DNA of 64,000 nucleotides, taken from assembly GCA_001805445.1 (NCBI GenBank), contig MHGF01000025.1, positions 64,338-128,337 of the forward strand, written 5' to 3'. The stretch is from Omnitrophica WOR_2 bacterium GWF2_43_52. Lineage in GTDB: Bacteria > Omnitrophota > Gorgyraeia > Gygaellales > UBA12090. Of the stretch, positions 39,829 to 49,200 are shown piece by piece; position 1 is the first letter of the stretch; every line of letters begins with the position of its first letter. A program made the position numbers and the translations under genes. The notes beneath the pieces were generated by a model. The model was not told where the DNA came from. It ran no database searches and saw only the letters and a program-made list of their open reading frames with translations.

Positions 39829-41655
39829 GTGAATAAGCATTTGAGCATACTCGCTGCGTTTTTATGTTTGATAATTGTTGCGACTTTCCCCCTTTTTTTA
39901 AATATCACAAACTATATCCCCGGCTTTTTCTCAACAGATGAATCCTACGCAATCTTATGGAATTCCTGGCTTAACAAATTTTCTGCAGTAAATAATCTTC
40001 CTGTTAAAAATACAAATCTTATTTCCTATCCGTTTGGCATTGTTAATAGCGGAGCTGGATATTTATGGTTTTTCATCAATTATATCTTAGCTTTGCTGAC
40101 TACTCCTGTCCTGACATACAATTTACAACTTATTTTTAATATGATTCTTATCATTGCATTCTTGTATTTTTTAGTCTACTACCTTGCAAAGAATAAATTT
40201 TCTGCATTTATTTCAGCTGTTATTTTTGGATTTTGCCCTTATTTCTTTGTTCGTTCATGGCAACATCTAGGGGAAACTTATTTGTGGTCGCTGCCGATGG
40301 TTCTATTAAGCTTGTTTTTATTGAAGCAGAATGATTCGCTCAAGGTTAAAATCTTTTGTATTCTAAGTTTCATTCTGACAGTTATAAATTTTAATGCGGT
40401 GAATTATGTTATTGTTATTATGTCGTTTTTTCTCGTTTATAATTTCACCTATTATTTTATCGTAAAAAAGAATCGAAATGATGCTTCAGTTGAGAGAATC
40501 GGTGGATACTTTAAAAATATATTTATTGTATCTTTGATATCTTTTTGCATTGTTGTCCCGCAATTTTACAGTATAGTGAGGAATATGGTTATTGCAAGAA
40601 AGAGTGCGCCATCGGGATTTAATCTTTATCATCGTCCATTTCAGGATTTATTTGAACAGTCAGCTAAGCCTTTAAGTTATGTCTTGCCTGCTGTCGTTCA
40701 CCCTATTTTTGGTAAATTTACTGAGCAATTTATCGGTTCTCCCTTATATGGAATGAGTGTGACTGAGCATACACTTTATCTCGGCTGGACGCCGCTTCTG
40801 CTTGCGTTTTTTGGATTTAAAAGATGGCGTTTAAAACGCAAGCACTCACCCATCACCACTCACCTATCGCCAGATAGAAATAGAGAAGATTTTTATATTG
40901 GCTTCTTCGTATTTTTGGTCATTGTAGCTTGGTTATTCTCACAGCCGCCCTGGTGGAATATATTTGGCTTTAAACTGTATATGCCTTCATTCTTTATGTA
41001 TAAAATCCTGCCGATGTTTAGGGCATATTGCAGGTTTGGGATAGTGGTGATGCTGGCAGTTGCTGTGTTGGCCGGGTTTGGGTTGAAATATGTTTTAGAG
41101 AAGTTTAAAACCAAAAAGTCAATGATTGGCGTTACGGCCTTGTTTTGCGGATTAGTTTTGTTTGAATTTTGGAATTGGCCTCCTTATAAAATAATAGACC
41201 TTTCAAAGATTCCTACGGTCTATTATTGGCTTAAAGAGCAGCCTAAGGATATAGTTATTGCCGAGTATCCTGTAGATACAAGTTCTCCTAATGAAATGTA
41301 TAGGTTGTATCAGGTTACTCACGAAAAAAAAATGATTAATTATACCATCCCCGGAACCTATGCCAATAAGGTTGCCCAGGAAATCAGGCGGTTGTCTGAA
41401 CCTAAGACAGCATCTATCCTCAAGTGGATGGGGGTAAAGTATGCGGTGGTGCATAAAGATGATTATTTGAAAACAGATTTAATTGAAGATAAGGAAGATA
41501 TGGAAAAGATTCCTAAAAATCGCAGCCTTAAATTCGTCAAAAGTTTCCCGCCCCAGGAATGCCCTGACCCCAAACTGATGTGCGTGCAGAAAACCGGCCC
41601 CATAGATGTGTATGAGGTGGTGGCCCCGCCATTAGAGCCGTCGCCGCCAAAATAA
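39829..41655 (+). CDS. Large polytopic membrane protein of the glycan island (putative membrane glycosyl- or oligosaccharyl-transferase/polymerase)
   Basis: 608 aa, GTG start, with more than ten hydrophobic helices and a soluble C-terminal domain. Its last ~125 nt recur three times downstream. Confidence 0.6.
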   Translation: MNKHLSILAAFLCLIIVATFPLFLNITNYIPGFFSTDESYAILWNSWLNKFSAVNNLPVKNTNLISYPFGIVNSGAGYLWFFINYILALLTTPVLTYNLQLIFNMILIIAFLYFLVYYLAKNKFSAFISAVIFGFCPYFFVRSWQHLGETYLWSLPMVLLSLFLLKQNDSLKVKIFCILSFILTVINFNAVNYVIVIMSFFLVYNFTYYFIVKKNRNDASVERIGGYFKNIFIVSLISFCIVVPQFYSIVRNMVIARKSAPSGFNLYHRPFQDLFEQSAKPLSYVLPAVVHPIFGKFTEQFIGSPLYGMSVTEHTLYLGWTPLLLAFFGFKRWRLKRKHSPITTHLSPDRNREDFYIGFFVFLVIVAWLFSQPPWWNIFGFKLYMPSFFMYKILPMFRAYCRFGIVVMLAVAVLAGFGLKYVLEKFKTKKSMIGVTALFCGLVLFEFWNWPPYKIIDLSKIPTVYYWLKEQPKDIVIAEYPVDTSSPNEMYRLYQVTHEKKMINYTIPGTYANKVAQEIRRLSEPKTASILKWMGVKYAVVHKDDYLKTDLIEDKEDMEKIPKNRSLKFVKSFPPQECPDPKLMCVQKTGPIDVYEVVAPPLEPSPPK

Positions 41656-41659
41656 AATC

Positions 41660-41688
41660 TTGACAATTTCCTGTAAAGGCGGCATAAT
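41660..41688 (+). promoter_or_regulatory. Sigma70-like promoter TTGACA-N17-CATAAT upstream of the islet A ATPase
   Basis: Seen directly, immediately after the membrane-protein stop. Confidence 0.4.
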
Positions 41689-41762
41689 CAGGGTTGATAT
41701 TATTATCCTTGGTAGAAGGATGAAATAAGCACATTATATACTTCCATGAAGGATGAAAAAAA

Positions 41763-43046
41763 ATGATCGGCAAGGAAAAATTAAAAGAAATAATACTGTC
41801 AAATAAGGAATTTATCCTGAATCAGGTTGAGGTAATAATAAAGAGAGAGGGATTCCGCCTGCCTGGGGCCGTAGAGAAGGTAATGGTGCTGTATGGAGTC
41901 AGGAGGAGCGGGAAGACCTTTATTCTTTACGATTTATTCCGGAATTTCAGGGAGGAATCTCTCTATATTGATTTTGAAGACGAAAGGCTGGCGGATTTCA
42001 GGTTGGAGGATTTTGAGACCTTAAGAGAAGCGTTTTTAGAGCTGAATCCGCGCCTTGTGGATAAAAACAAGGTATTTTTGTTTGATGAAATACAAAATAT
42101 CGCAGGATGGGAGAAATTCTGCCGCAGGGTGGCGGAAAGAGAAAAGACAAGAGTGTATGTTTCTGGCTCCTCTTCTAAGATTATGCCGGAGGAGATTCAT
42201 ACCTCTTTACGGGGGAGGGCTTGGAGCATCGAGATAACGCCGTTTTCTTTCAGGGAGTATTTAAACGCGCTGGAGCCGGCAGTGGATAATGAGCTGCTTT
42301 ATGGCCGAAAGAAAGCCCTGCTTAAGAAATATTTCAGCGATTATTCGCGTTGGGGAGGTTTTCCTGAAATCGTGTTTTCAAAGAGCGAATTTGACAAAAG
42401 CAAAATAATAAAGGAGTATTTAGGGTCGATTTTCTTCAAAGATTTGGTGGAAAGATATAAGATAAACAATATAGCGTTGCTGGAGTCGATGACCGAGTGT
42501 TTATTCGCTTTCTTCTCGCAAAAGTTTTCCCTCAACTCTTTTTACCGCCAGCATAAGGATAAAATACCTTTCTCCAAAGACAGCCTTTTCAGTTATTATA
42601 AATATTTCCTGCAGTCTATGCTTATCTTTGAGGTGAGAAAATTTTCCGAATCGCCGTATAAAAGGTTGAGGAATCCCGCGAAGATTTACCTGATTGATCC
42701 AGCGCTTGCCAGAAAGATGTCTTCCCAGGATAGCGGCAGGGTTTTGGAAAACATTATTTTCCTGGAATTGAAAAAGAGCGCGGATAAAATTTCTTATTTT
42801 GAGGAGGATAATGAATGCGACTTTGTGGTTAATGAAAGAGGCAAGATTCTGGCTTATCAGGCTTGTTATGAACTAACTTCACAGAATGAGGAGAGGGAGC
42901 TGGGTGGCCTTATAGCCTGCTGCAAACAGCTAAAATTGAAGGGAGGCATTATATTAACCTTGGATCAAAGTGATGAATTCATAAGAGACGGTATAAAAAT
43001 TCATGCGCTTCCAGTATGGAAATGGCTGATGACCAAAAAAGTTTAA
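41763..43046 (+). CDS. COG1373-type AAA+ ATPase with DUF4143, a paralog of 24492-25637
   Basis: Walker A VRRSGKT and Walker B LFDEIQ, with the same architecture as the other ATPase. Confidence 0.75.
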   Translation: MIGKEKLKEIILSNKEFILNQVEVIIKREGFRLPGAVEKVMVLYGVRRSGKTFILYDLFRNFREESLYIDFEDERLADFRLEDFETLREAFLELNPRLVDKNKVFLFDEIQNIAGWEKFCRRVAEREKTRVYVSGSSSKIMPEEIHTSLRGRAWSIEITPFSFREYLNALEPAVDNELLYGRKKALLKKYFSDYSRWGGFPEIVFSKSEFDKSKIIKEYLGSIFFKDLVERYKINNIALLESMTECLFAFFSQKFSLNSFYRQHKDKIPFSKDSLFSYYKYFLQSMLIFEVRKFSESPYKRLRNPAKIYLIDPALARKMSSQDSGRVLENIIFLELKKSADKISYFEEDNECDFVVNERGKILAYQACYELTSQNEERELGGLIACCKQLKLKGGIILTLDQSDEFIRDGIKIHALPVWKWLMTKKV

Positions 43047-43133
43047 CTTGATCGTTATGCGATAGAGTCAAGGTACGGAGATTACCGAAGAAGGCTTTCT
43101 GAGATTATAAGTAAGAAAACGGCGGTTAAATAG
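43047..43133 (+). pseudogene. Possible C-terminal remnant of a HEPN (PF05168-type) gene
   Basis: The frame immediately after the ATPase TAA reads LDRYAIESRYGDYRRRLSEIISKK*. From memory (no search run), this matches the (E/L)xxYYIxxRYP(D) segment near the C-terminus of HEPN partners of MNTs. An MNT gene follows. Confidence 0.3.
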
Positions 43134-43159
43134 TTAGCGCAGACCAAGGAGATATTTGA

Positions 43160-43495
43160 GTGGTTAAGAAGGCAGAAGAAGTAGATAGTCTAATTAAGAG
43201 CTTCGCCGAAGAGTTAAAAAAGGAAATACCAGTACAAAAAATATATCTTTTTGGCTCTTACGCGACAGGGAATCCCGAACCAGGCAGTGATATAGATTTA
43301 ATTGTTGTCTCTTCGTTTTTTGCAAAAGGCAGACATATAAGCCATATGCAGTATCTTTTCCGAAAGGCTTCCAAGATAAGTACTCTTATTGAGCCTATAC
43401 CCGCCACTCCATCAGAAGTGAAAAACCCTGACAAGAGAGTTTTTATTGGACAGATAATAAAAACTGCCAAGTCATATAACTTTGCTTTGAAATAG
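43160..43495 (+). CDS. Minimal nucleotidyltransferase (MNT, pol-beta superfamily)
   Basis: LFGSYATGNPEPGSDIDLIVV motif. GTG start with an AAGGAG Shine-Dalgarno. Confidence 0.7.
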   Translation: MVKKAEEVDSLIKSFAEELKKEIPVQKIYLFGSYATGNPEPGSDIDLIVVSSFFAKGRHISHMQYLFRKASKISTLIEPIPATPSEVKNPDKRVFIGQIIKTAKSYNFALK

Positions 43496-43508
43496 TCTAG
43501 ATTTCTCG

Positions 43509-43636
43509 TTAAATTCGTCAAAAGTTTCCCGCCCCAGGAGTGCCCCGACCCTCAAATGATGTGTGTGCAAAAGACGGGTGCGATTGATGTGTATGAGGTG
43601 GTGGCGGAAGCGATGGAGCCTTTAGCTGATAAGTAA
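43509..43636 (+). repeat. Copy 2 of the 3'-terminal ~125 nt of the membrane-protein gene (reads KFVKSFPPQECPDPQMMCVQKTGAIDVYEVV...)
   Basis: About 85-90% nt identity to 41527-41655 over the first ~100 nt, judged by eye. Confidence 0.7.
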
Positions 43637-43726
43637 AGCCTACATATTGGTTTTACGGGCTTTGAATCCGTTTATTAGTTGAAAATAGATTGACGATATG
43701 GTAAACTTATTCTGGAGGTGATTAAA

Positions 43727-43951
43727 ATGCGATTTTTACGAATAACAGTTAATCCGGAGGTTTGTATGGGCAAGCCTTGCATAAGGAATCTGCGTTTTCC
43801 GGTTTCTCGGCTCTTGGGTTTATTAGCGGCAGGGGAGACCAAACAAGATGTCTTAAAGGCGTTTCCTTATCTTGAGTCTCAAGATGTTGACGAAGCGCTA
43901 AGTTATGCCGCTTCTTTGGCTGATGAGGAAACATTAGAATTTGCAAAATGA
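43727..43951 (+). CDS. DUF433 protein (antitoxin-like partner of DUF5615)
   Basis: GKPCIRNLRFPVSRLLGLLAAGETKQDVLKAFPYLESQDVDEALSYAA fits DUF433. ATG at 43727 with a GGAGGTG Shine-Dalgarno. Confidence 0.7.
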   Translation: MRFLRITVNPEVCMGKPCIRNLRFPVSRLLGLLAAGETKQDVLKAFPYLESQDVDEALSYAASLADEETLEFAK

Positions 43952-44321
43952 AATTTCTGGTAGATATGCCTATTTCTCCAAAAATAGTTGATTGGCTGAA
44001 TCAAAATGGCCATGAAGCCAGCCATGTTTTCAGCATGGATTAGCTACAGCCTCTGATATGGCAATTATTGAGAGAGCATATCAACATAAAGAGGTGATAA
44101 TTACCGCCGATCTTGATTATCCTAGAATTCTTGCCTTGACTAAACTTGATGGTCCAGGGATTGTCCTTTTTCGTGGTGGTAACTACAGCGAACGTGAAAT
44201 GCGAGATTTAATGCAAAGGGTATTGAAAGTTGTTCCTCATCAAGATATGCCGAATAATATTGTGGTTATTGATAAGGCGAGAATTCGGCGAATCTCCCTC
44301 CCCATCAAAGCAGAATCATAG
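43949..44321 (+). pseudogene. DUF5615 (PIN-like/Mut7-C-like) gene with a +1 frameshift
   Basis: MKFLVDMPISPKIVDWLNQNGHEASHVFSMD stops at about 44041. The protein continues in another frame as ...ASDMAIIERAYQHKEVIITADLDYPRIL...GPGIVLFRGG. Confidence 0.6.
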
Positions 44322-44348
44322 AGTTTTACTTTTCCCCGAGACCAGGGC

Positions 44349-44475
44349 CTTAAATTCGCAAAAGTTTCCCACCCAGGAATGCCCTTACCCGAATATAATG
44401 TGCGTCCGGAAGGCCTGCCCCATAAATATGTATGAAGTGGTGGCTGTGCCAGTTGAGCTGGCAGTTAAAAAATGA
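44349..44475 (+). repeat. Copy 3 of the membrane-protein gene 3' end (reads KFPTQECPYPNIMCVRKACPINMYEVVAVPVELAVKK)
   Basis: More divergent than copy 2. It has the same 5' boundary (CTTAAATTCG.CAAAAGTTTCCC). Confidence 0.7.
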
Positions 44476-44525
44476 ATTATTCTCTCAACAAAACCTTGAC
44501 ACCGCTGAAACTTGTAAGTAAGTAC

Positions 44526-44552
44526 ACTAAGTTAACAATAATGTTAACTTAG
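44526..44552. promoter_or_regulatory. Perfect 13-bp-arm palindrome ACTAAGTTAACAT-A-ATGTTAACTTAGT
   Basis: Seen directly. Further AT-rich palindromes (TACAACATGTATGTTGTA) lie at 44720-44785, immediately upstream of the AbiEii-like gene. Confidence 0.35.
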
Positions 44553-44787
44553 TATGCCTATAGAATATCAGAAGTTATGGTAAAAAGGCAAGATAAATTT
44601 TGACGTAACGCACTGAAATTACCCAAGTTATATAATTAATATATATGATAAGAATGAGAGCGTTAAAAGCCGGAATAAGACAGCCAGATATTTGCTCTGG
44701 ATTAAAGTAGAAAGTGTATAGCAAATTTTACAACATATATATTGTATTTAACTTGACAATACAACATGTATGTTGTATATTTAGAGT

Positions 44788-45501
44788 ATGAAGACGATTG
44801 TATCATGGCAGGATAAGGTCTTGAGAATTCTTTCTGGCAGGCTCGACAACTATTGTTTGGGCGGAGGAACGGCGCTGTCCAAATTTTATTTTAATCACCG
44901 TATGTCTTTTGACCTTGACTTTTTTACCCAGAGGTACAGCCGTAAAGAGATAATTTCTTTGCTTAAGTTTTTATCAGAAGAATCCGGAAAAGATTTTGAG
45001 ATACTCAAAGAGCAGCCTAAAAAGGATAAAGTCCGCATATTGGTTTCTAACGCGCGTCTATCCCCAAGGTATTCGCTGAAGATTGATTTTGTAGAGGATT
45101 ATATAAAGAGATTGAAGCCGGCAAGGCAGTCTAATGGTATATGGGTTTTTTCTCTTGAGGATATTTATCTGCGCAAGATCTACGCGGTATCCGGAACCCT
45201 GGAAAACATTAATGAGATTGGACGCAGGATAAGAACCGGAGGCAGGCAGGAAGCAAAGGATTTTTATGACCTATATTTTCTTTCTCATACTTTTACGAAT
45301 TTATCCGCGTTCGCTGGAAAATATTGTAATCCAGCGATGCAGGAGGCATTGATAAATTGGTTTAGAAGCTATCCGCGATTAGAGATTAAAACCGGGATCC
45401 TGGAGTTAAGAACTAAAAATAAAGTTGATTATAGAGCAATGGAGAAGCATTTTAAGGTTGAAATAGGGCGTATCTTGGAAAATCAGATAGGAAGAGTATG
45501 A
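44788..45501 (+). CDS. AbiEii/AbiGii-family nucleotidyltransferase (DUF1814) toxin-like protein
   Basis: CLGGGTALSKFYFNHRMSFDLDFF signature. Confidence 0.65.
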   Translation: MKTIVSWQDKVLRILSGRLDNYCLGGGTALSKFYFNHRMSFDLDFFTQRYSRKEIISLLKFLSEESGKDFEILKEQPKKDKVRILVSNARLSPRYSLKIDFVEDYIKRLKPARQSNGIWVFSLEDIYLRKIYAVSGTLENINEIGRRIRTGGRQEAKDFYDLYFLSHTFTNLSAFAGKYCNPAMQEALINWFRSYPRLEIKTGILELRTKNKVDYRAMEKHFKVEIGRILENQIGRV

Positions 45502-46019
45502 ATAAGGATTGGTTGTGGGATAGGAACATAAGCCCTAAGCAGGCACAGAAAATTTTAGGTAATCCGGAACATCCGAAATTTATTGCCGTAGCCGCTTTAC
45601 TGCTTAGCAGGAAAAATGTTCCCCGGGAAGTTTTTCGGGATTATCTCAAGCCTAAGGATTTCTGCCGTCATTGGAATGAGATTAAGAAACGGATGCGAAA
45701 GGATGCCTGGCAAAGCCCGCGGATAGGATTTTGGCAGGCTGTATATGAGAAAATACTGGAGCAATATCGCAGGAATAACAGAGGTGTATTGTTAAGGGGT
45801 AAGACAAAGCCGATTGATGAGTTTTGTTTATCAGTAGGCGAAAAGCTTAGGTTGCTGCGTAAGCAGAATAATCTTACCCAGAACGAGTTAGCGGATAAAT
45901 TAAAAGTTTCTCAACAGTTGATTTCTCGGATTGAAAAAGGCAGGGAAAATATTTCCTTGCTTACTTTAAAAAAGATAATCAGTAAGTTAGGTGCTAAGCT
46001 TGATATAGTTGAAATTTAG
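45498..46019 (+). CDS. XRE-family HTH transcriptional regulator with an N-terminal domain of unknown function
   Basis: C-terminal LRLLRKQNNLTQNELADKLKVSQQLISRIEKGRENISLLTL (HTH_3). Its start overlaps the AbiEii stop. Confidence 0.7.
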   Translation: MNKDWLWDRNISPKQAQKILGNPEHPKFIAVAALLLSRKNVPREVFRDYLKPKDFCRHWNEIKKRMRKDAWQSPRIGFWQAVYEKILEQYRRNNRGVLLRGKTKPIDEFCLSVGEKLRLLRKQNNLTQNELADKLKVSQQLISRIEKGRENISLLTLKKIISKLGAKLDIVEI

Positions 46020-46034
46020 ATGTATGCAGGGAAG

Positions 46035-46115
46035 AAGTTTTGTCCTAAGCCAGCAGTATATATAATTGATGTGTATGAGGTAATAGACTCCCCGATAGAG
46101 CCCTTATCAAAATAA
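46035..46115 (+). repeat. Copy 4 (shortest and most degenerate) of the membrane-protein gene 3' end
   Basis: It retains IDVYEV and the post-stop AAAATAAAATCT that also follows the intact gene at 41653-41667. Confidence 0.5.
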
Positions 46116-46186
46116 AATCTCGGCCCAATCACGCCAAAATCACTCCCAAAACCGGAAGCGCTTCCAAAAAAGCCGGTCTGCAGCCC

Positions 46187-46214
46187 TTGACAACACTTTG
46201 CGGCATGTTATACT
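46187..46214 (+). promoter_or_regulatory. Sigma70-like promoter TTGACA-N16-TATACT upstream of the SpvB-domain gene
   Basis: Seen directly. An AAGGAG Shine-Dalgarno lies at 46248-46253. Confidence 0.4.
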
Positions 46215-46257
46215 AATTTACATCAGGAGCAAAACTATTTGAAAGCCAAGGAGCTAT

Positions 46258-49200
46258 ATGCTAAAGCTAAAGTTTTTTTGGCGTTTATCTTGGTATAATT
46301 TATTTCTGATCCTCTTTTTTTGTCTTCTTCTTACACCCGCTTTTGCCGTTCTTCCTACCACCGGCACAGTCACCCCCTCAAGCGGTACCACAACCCCAGA
46401 CGTTGCAAGAAGCTTTTCAACTATATACACTGACACAGACGGCTGGGCAAATTTACGTGAGTGCTACTTTTTAGTGAGCACCAGCTCAACCAGCCTTACT
46501 AACGCAAGCTACCTTTACTACAACCAAAATACCAATCTGCTGTATGTAAGGAACGACGCTAACACCGCCTGGCTTGGCGGCTATGCCCCCGGTAGCGCCA
46601 ACCTAATCGAGAATTCTTACGTACGGCTTAATTGCGCCATGACTACCGCAACAGGCTCAGGCTCCAGCCTTACCATAAGCTGGAATGTTACCTTTAAGCC
46701 TGCATATTCTGGAAGAACGTACAATACCTATCTTAGGGCAGTAGATGACGCTTCAGGCTCTGCAAGCTGGGCAAGTAAAGGCACCTATACGGTAAACCGC
46801 TCGCCTCTTGTTGGCACTATCACACCCTCTACAGGCAGCGGCCAGATATCTATAGCCCAAACCTTTACGGCAACCTACACTGATTCAGATGGCTGGCAGA
46901 ACCTCCAGCAGGTATATCTCTTGATCAACAGCTCTACCGGAACTACCAACTGCTTTTACGGCTACTATAACCAGAACACGAATTTACTATACTTAAGGAA
47001 TGATGATAATACCTCATGGCTTGGCGGTTATGCCCCTGGTTCAAATAATACCATAGAGAATTCCTACGTCAAGTTAAACTGCGCCAGTACCAGTATTTCA
47101 GGCACAAGCTCAACATTAACCGTTAACTGGTCAGTTACGCTCAAGGCTCCTTTTACCGGCAGCCGTAATACGTATTTGTATGCCAGAGATGATGTAAATG
47201 TAACTAACGGCTGGACCCAAAAAGGCACCTGGAGTATTCTCAATACCGCCCCTATCCTAGGCACAATTACCCCCAGCTCTGGCTCATCAAGCCCCAATCA
47301 AACAGTAAGCTTTACCACTACCTACACAGATTCCGACACCTGGCTTAACATCCAATACGTCTATTTGCTCGTTAACACCTCAACCTCAGGAGTCAATTGC
47401 TTCTACGGCTACTACAACCAGAACAATAACCGTCTTTACCTAAGAAATGACGCCAATACCGCCTGGTCAACCGGCTATGCCCCAGGTGCAAGCAATGTGA
47501 TAGAGAATAGCTATGCCAAACTCAACTGTGCCGGCACAAGCGTCTCAGGCTCAGGCAATACCATGACCGTAAACTGGTCAGTAACCTTTAAAAGTACCTT
47601 TCCCGGCACCAAGAATACCTACCTTTACGTGAGAGACGACGCCAATAGTTATGTAAGCCTGGCCCAAAAAGGCACCTGGAGTATTCAGACAGACACCACC
47701 CCACCAACCGGCACAATCAAGATAAATAACGACAGTCAGTATACTAATTCAAGCACGGTGAGCCTCACTCTTTCCGCTACAGATACCGGAAGCGGCATGG
47801 GAACAGGGGCACAGATGCAGTTCTCTAACGACGGCACAACATGGTCAACCGCGGAAAACTACACCACCACTAAAACCTGGACACTCTCAAGCGGCCAAGG
47901 CGAAAAGCGGGTTTACGTGCGCTACAAAGACGCAGCCGGTAACTGGTCAAGCGCTTATTCAGATGTCATCACCCTGGATACCACAGCTCCGACTATAACC
48001 ATAACCTCGGTTACCAGCCCTACAAATCAGGATGTAACGTTAAGCTATAGTGTAAGCGATAATTATACCGCCCAAAGCCAAATCACGGTAACAGGTGATA
48101 ACTCACCCTACACCACAGAAGGCACACATAGCATAGCCCTCAGCGCCAAAGACTTAGCCGGAAACACCGCTACAAAATCAGTCAGCTTTACCATAGACAA
48201 AACCGCGCCAGCCATTGTGATTACCTCACCCGAAGACGGCGCAACCGTTGAAACTAATTCCATCACCCTGCAAGGCACTATTGATGGGCAAAGCTTTTCC
48301 GAGACAGTTACCCTTAGCCAGGAAGGCGAGAATACCATCACCAAAACCGTAACCGACTTAGCCGGCAATACTGCCAGTAAATCTATCACCCTGTATTATT
48401 ACCTCGGCGAGACAATCGGCTCTGCAGGCGGCGTAGTTTATTCAAATGACGGTAAGGTAAAACTGACTATACCTACTGGCGCATTGACGGAAAACAAGCA
48501 AATTAAAGTCTTGACAATAAACACCGAAAGCCTTGAAGGCAGTGAGCCGAATAATACCAGCCTCTTGAGTGTGGTTGAATGTAAGCCCTACGGCTTAGTC
48601 TTTACTAAACCCGCAACTCTTAGCTATACCCTGAATCAGGCGGAAGTCCCCGGCACGCCGGTAGAATTAGGCCTATACGATTCGCTCCAGGACAAGATTA
48701 CCTCAACCGGCCAGAGCACCACCGTGCCGGTAGACGGGTATACCGTAGATTTTAGCATTATGCACTTCTCAACCTATGCCGCGTTAAAGAACCTGATAGC
48801 CCAGAGCACCCCGATAGGAGCAAATGTAAAAATACCCTTACCGGATATGCTCACCGGCACCTTTAGCCACGCCATACCTATAACCGTAGTCCCGGGAAGA
48901 AAGGGTATGCAGCCGGCAATAGGCTTAAGCTATCGCTCAGGCAGCCCTAACTCATGGGTAGGCTTAGGCTTTAGCCTGAATCCTGGCTATATCGTAAGGT
49001 CAACCCGCTTAGGCCCGCCCAAGTATAACGATACCCAAGACACCTTTTACTTAATCACTGACGCAGGGACTACCGAGCTGGTGCACTTAATTGATAACTT
49101 ATATCAGGCAAAGGTGGAGAGCGCATTCAGTAAGTTTTATAAAGAAGGCGATGATTCCTGGAGTGTGGTGGGTAAAGACGGCTCAGTTTTAAGGTTTGGA

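Noticed and set aside
41527-46115. CRISPR array or integron interpretation of the repeated gene-end copies
   Set aside because: The repeats are ~125 nt, degenerate, irregularly spaced by 0.7-1.8 kb and derived from a coding 3' end. Nothing matches 28-37-nt CRISPR repeats with spacers. No IntI or attC-like imperfect palindromes are present.
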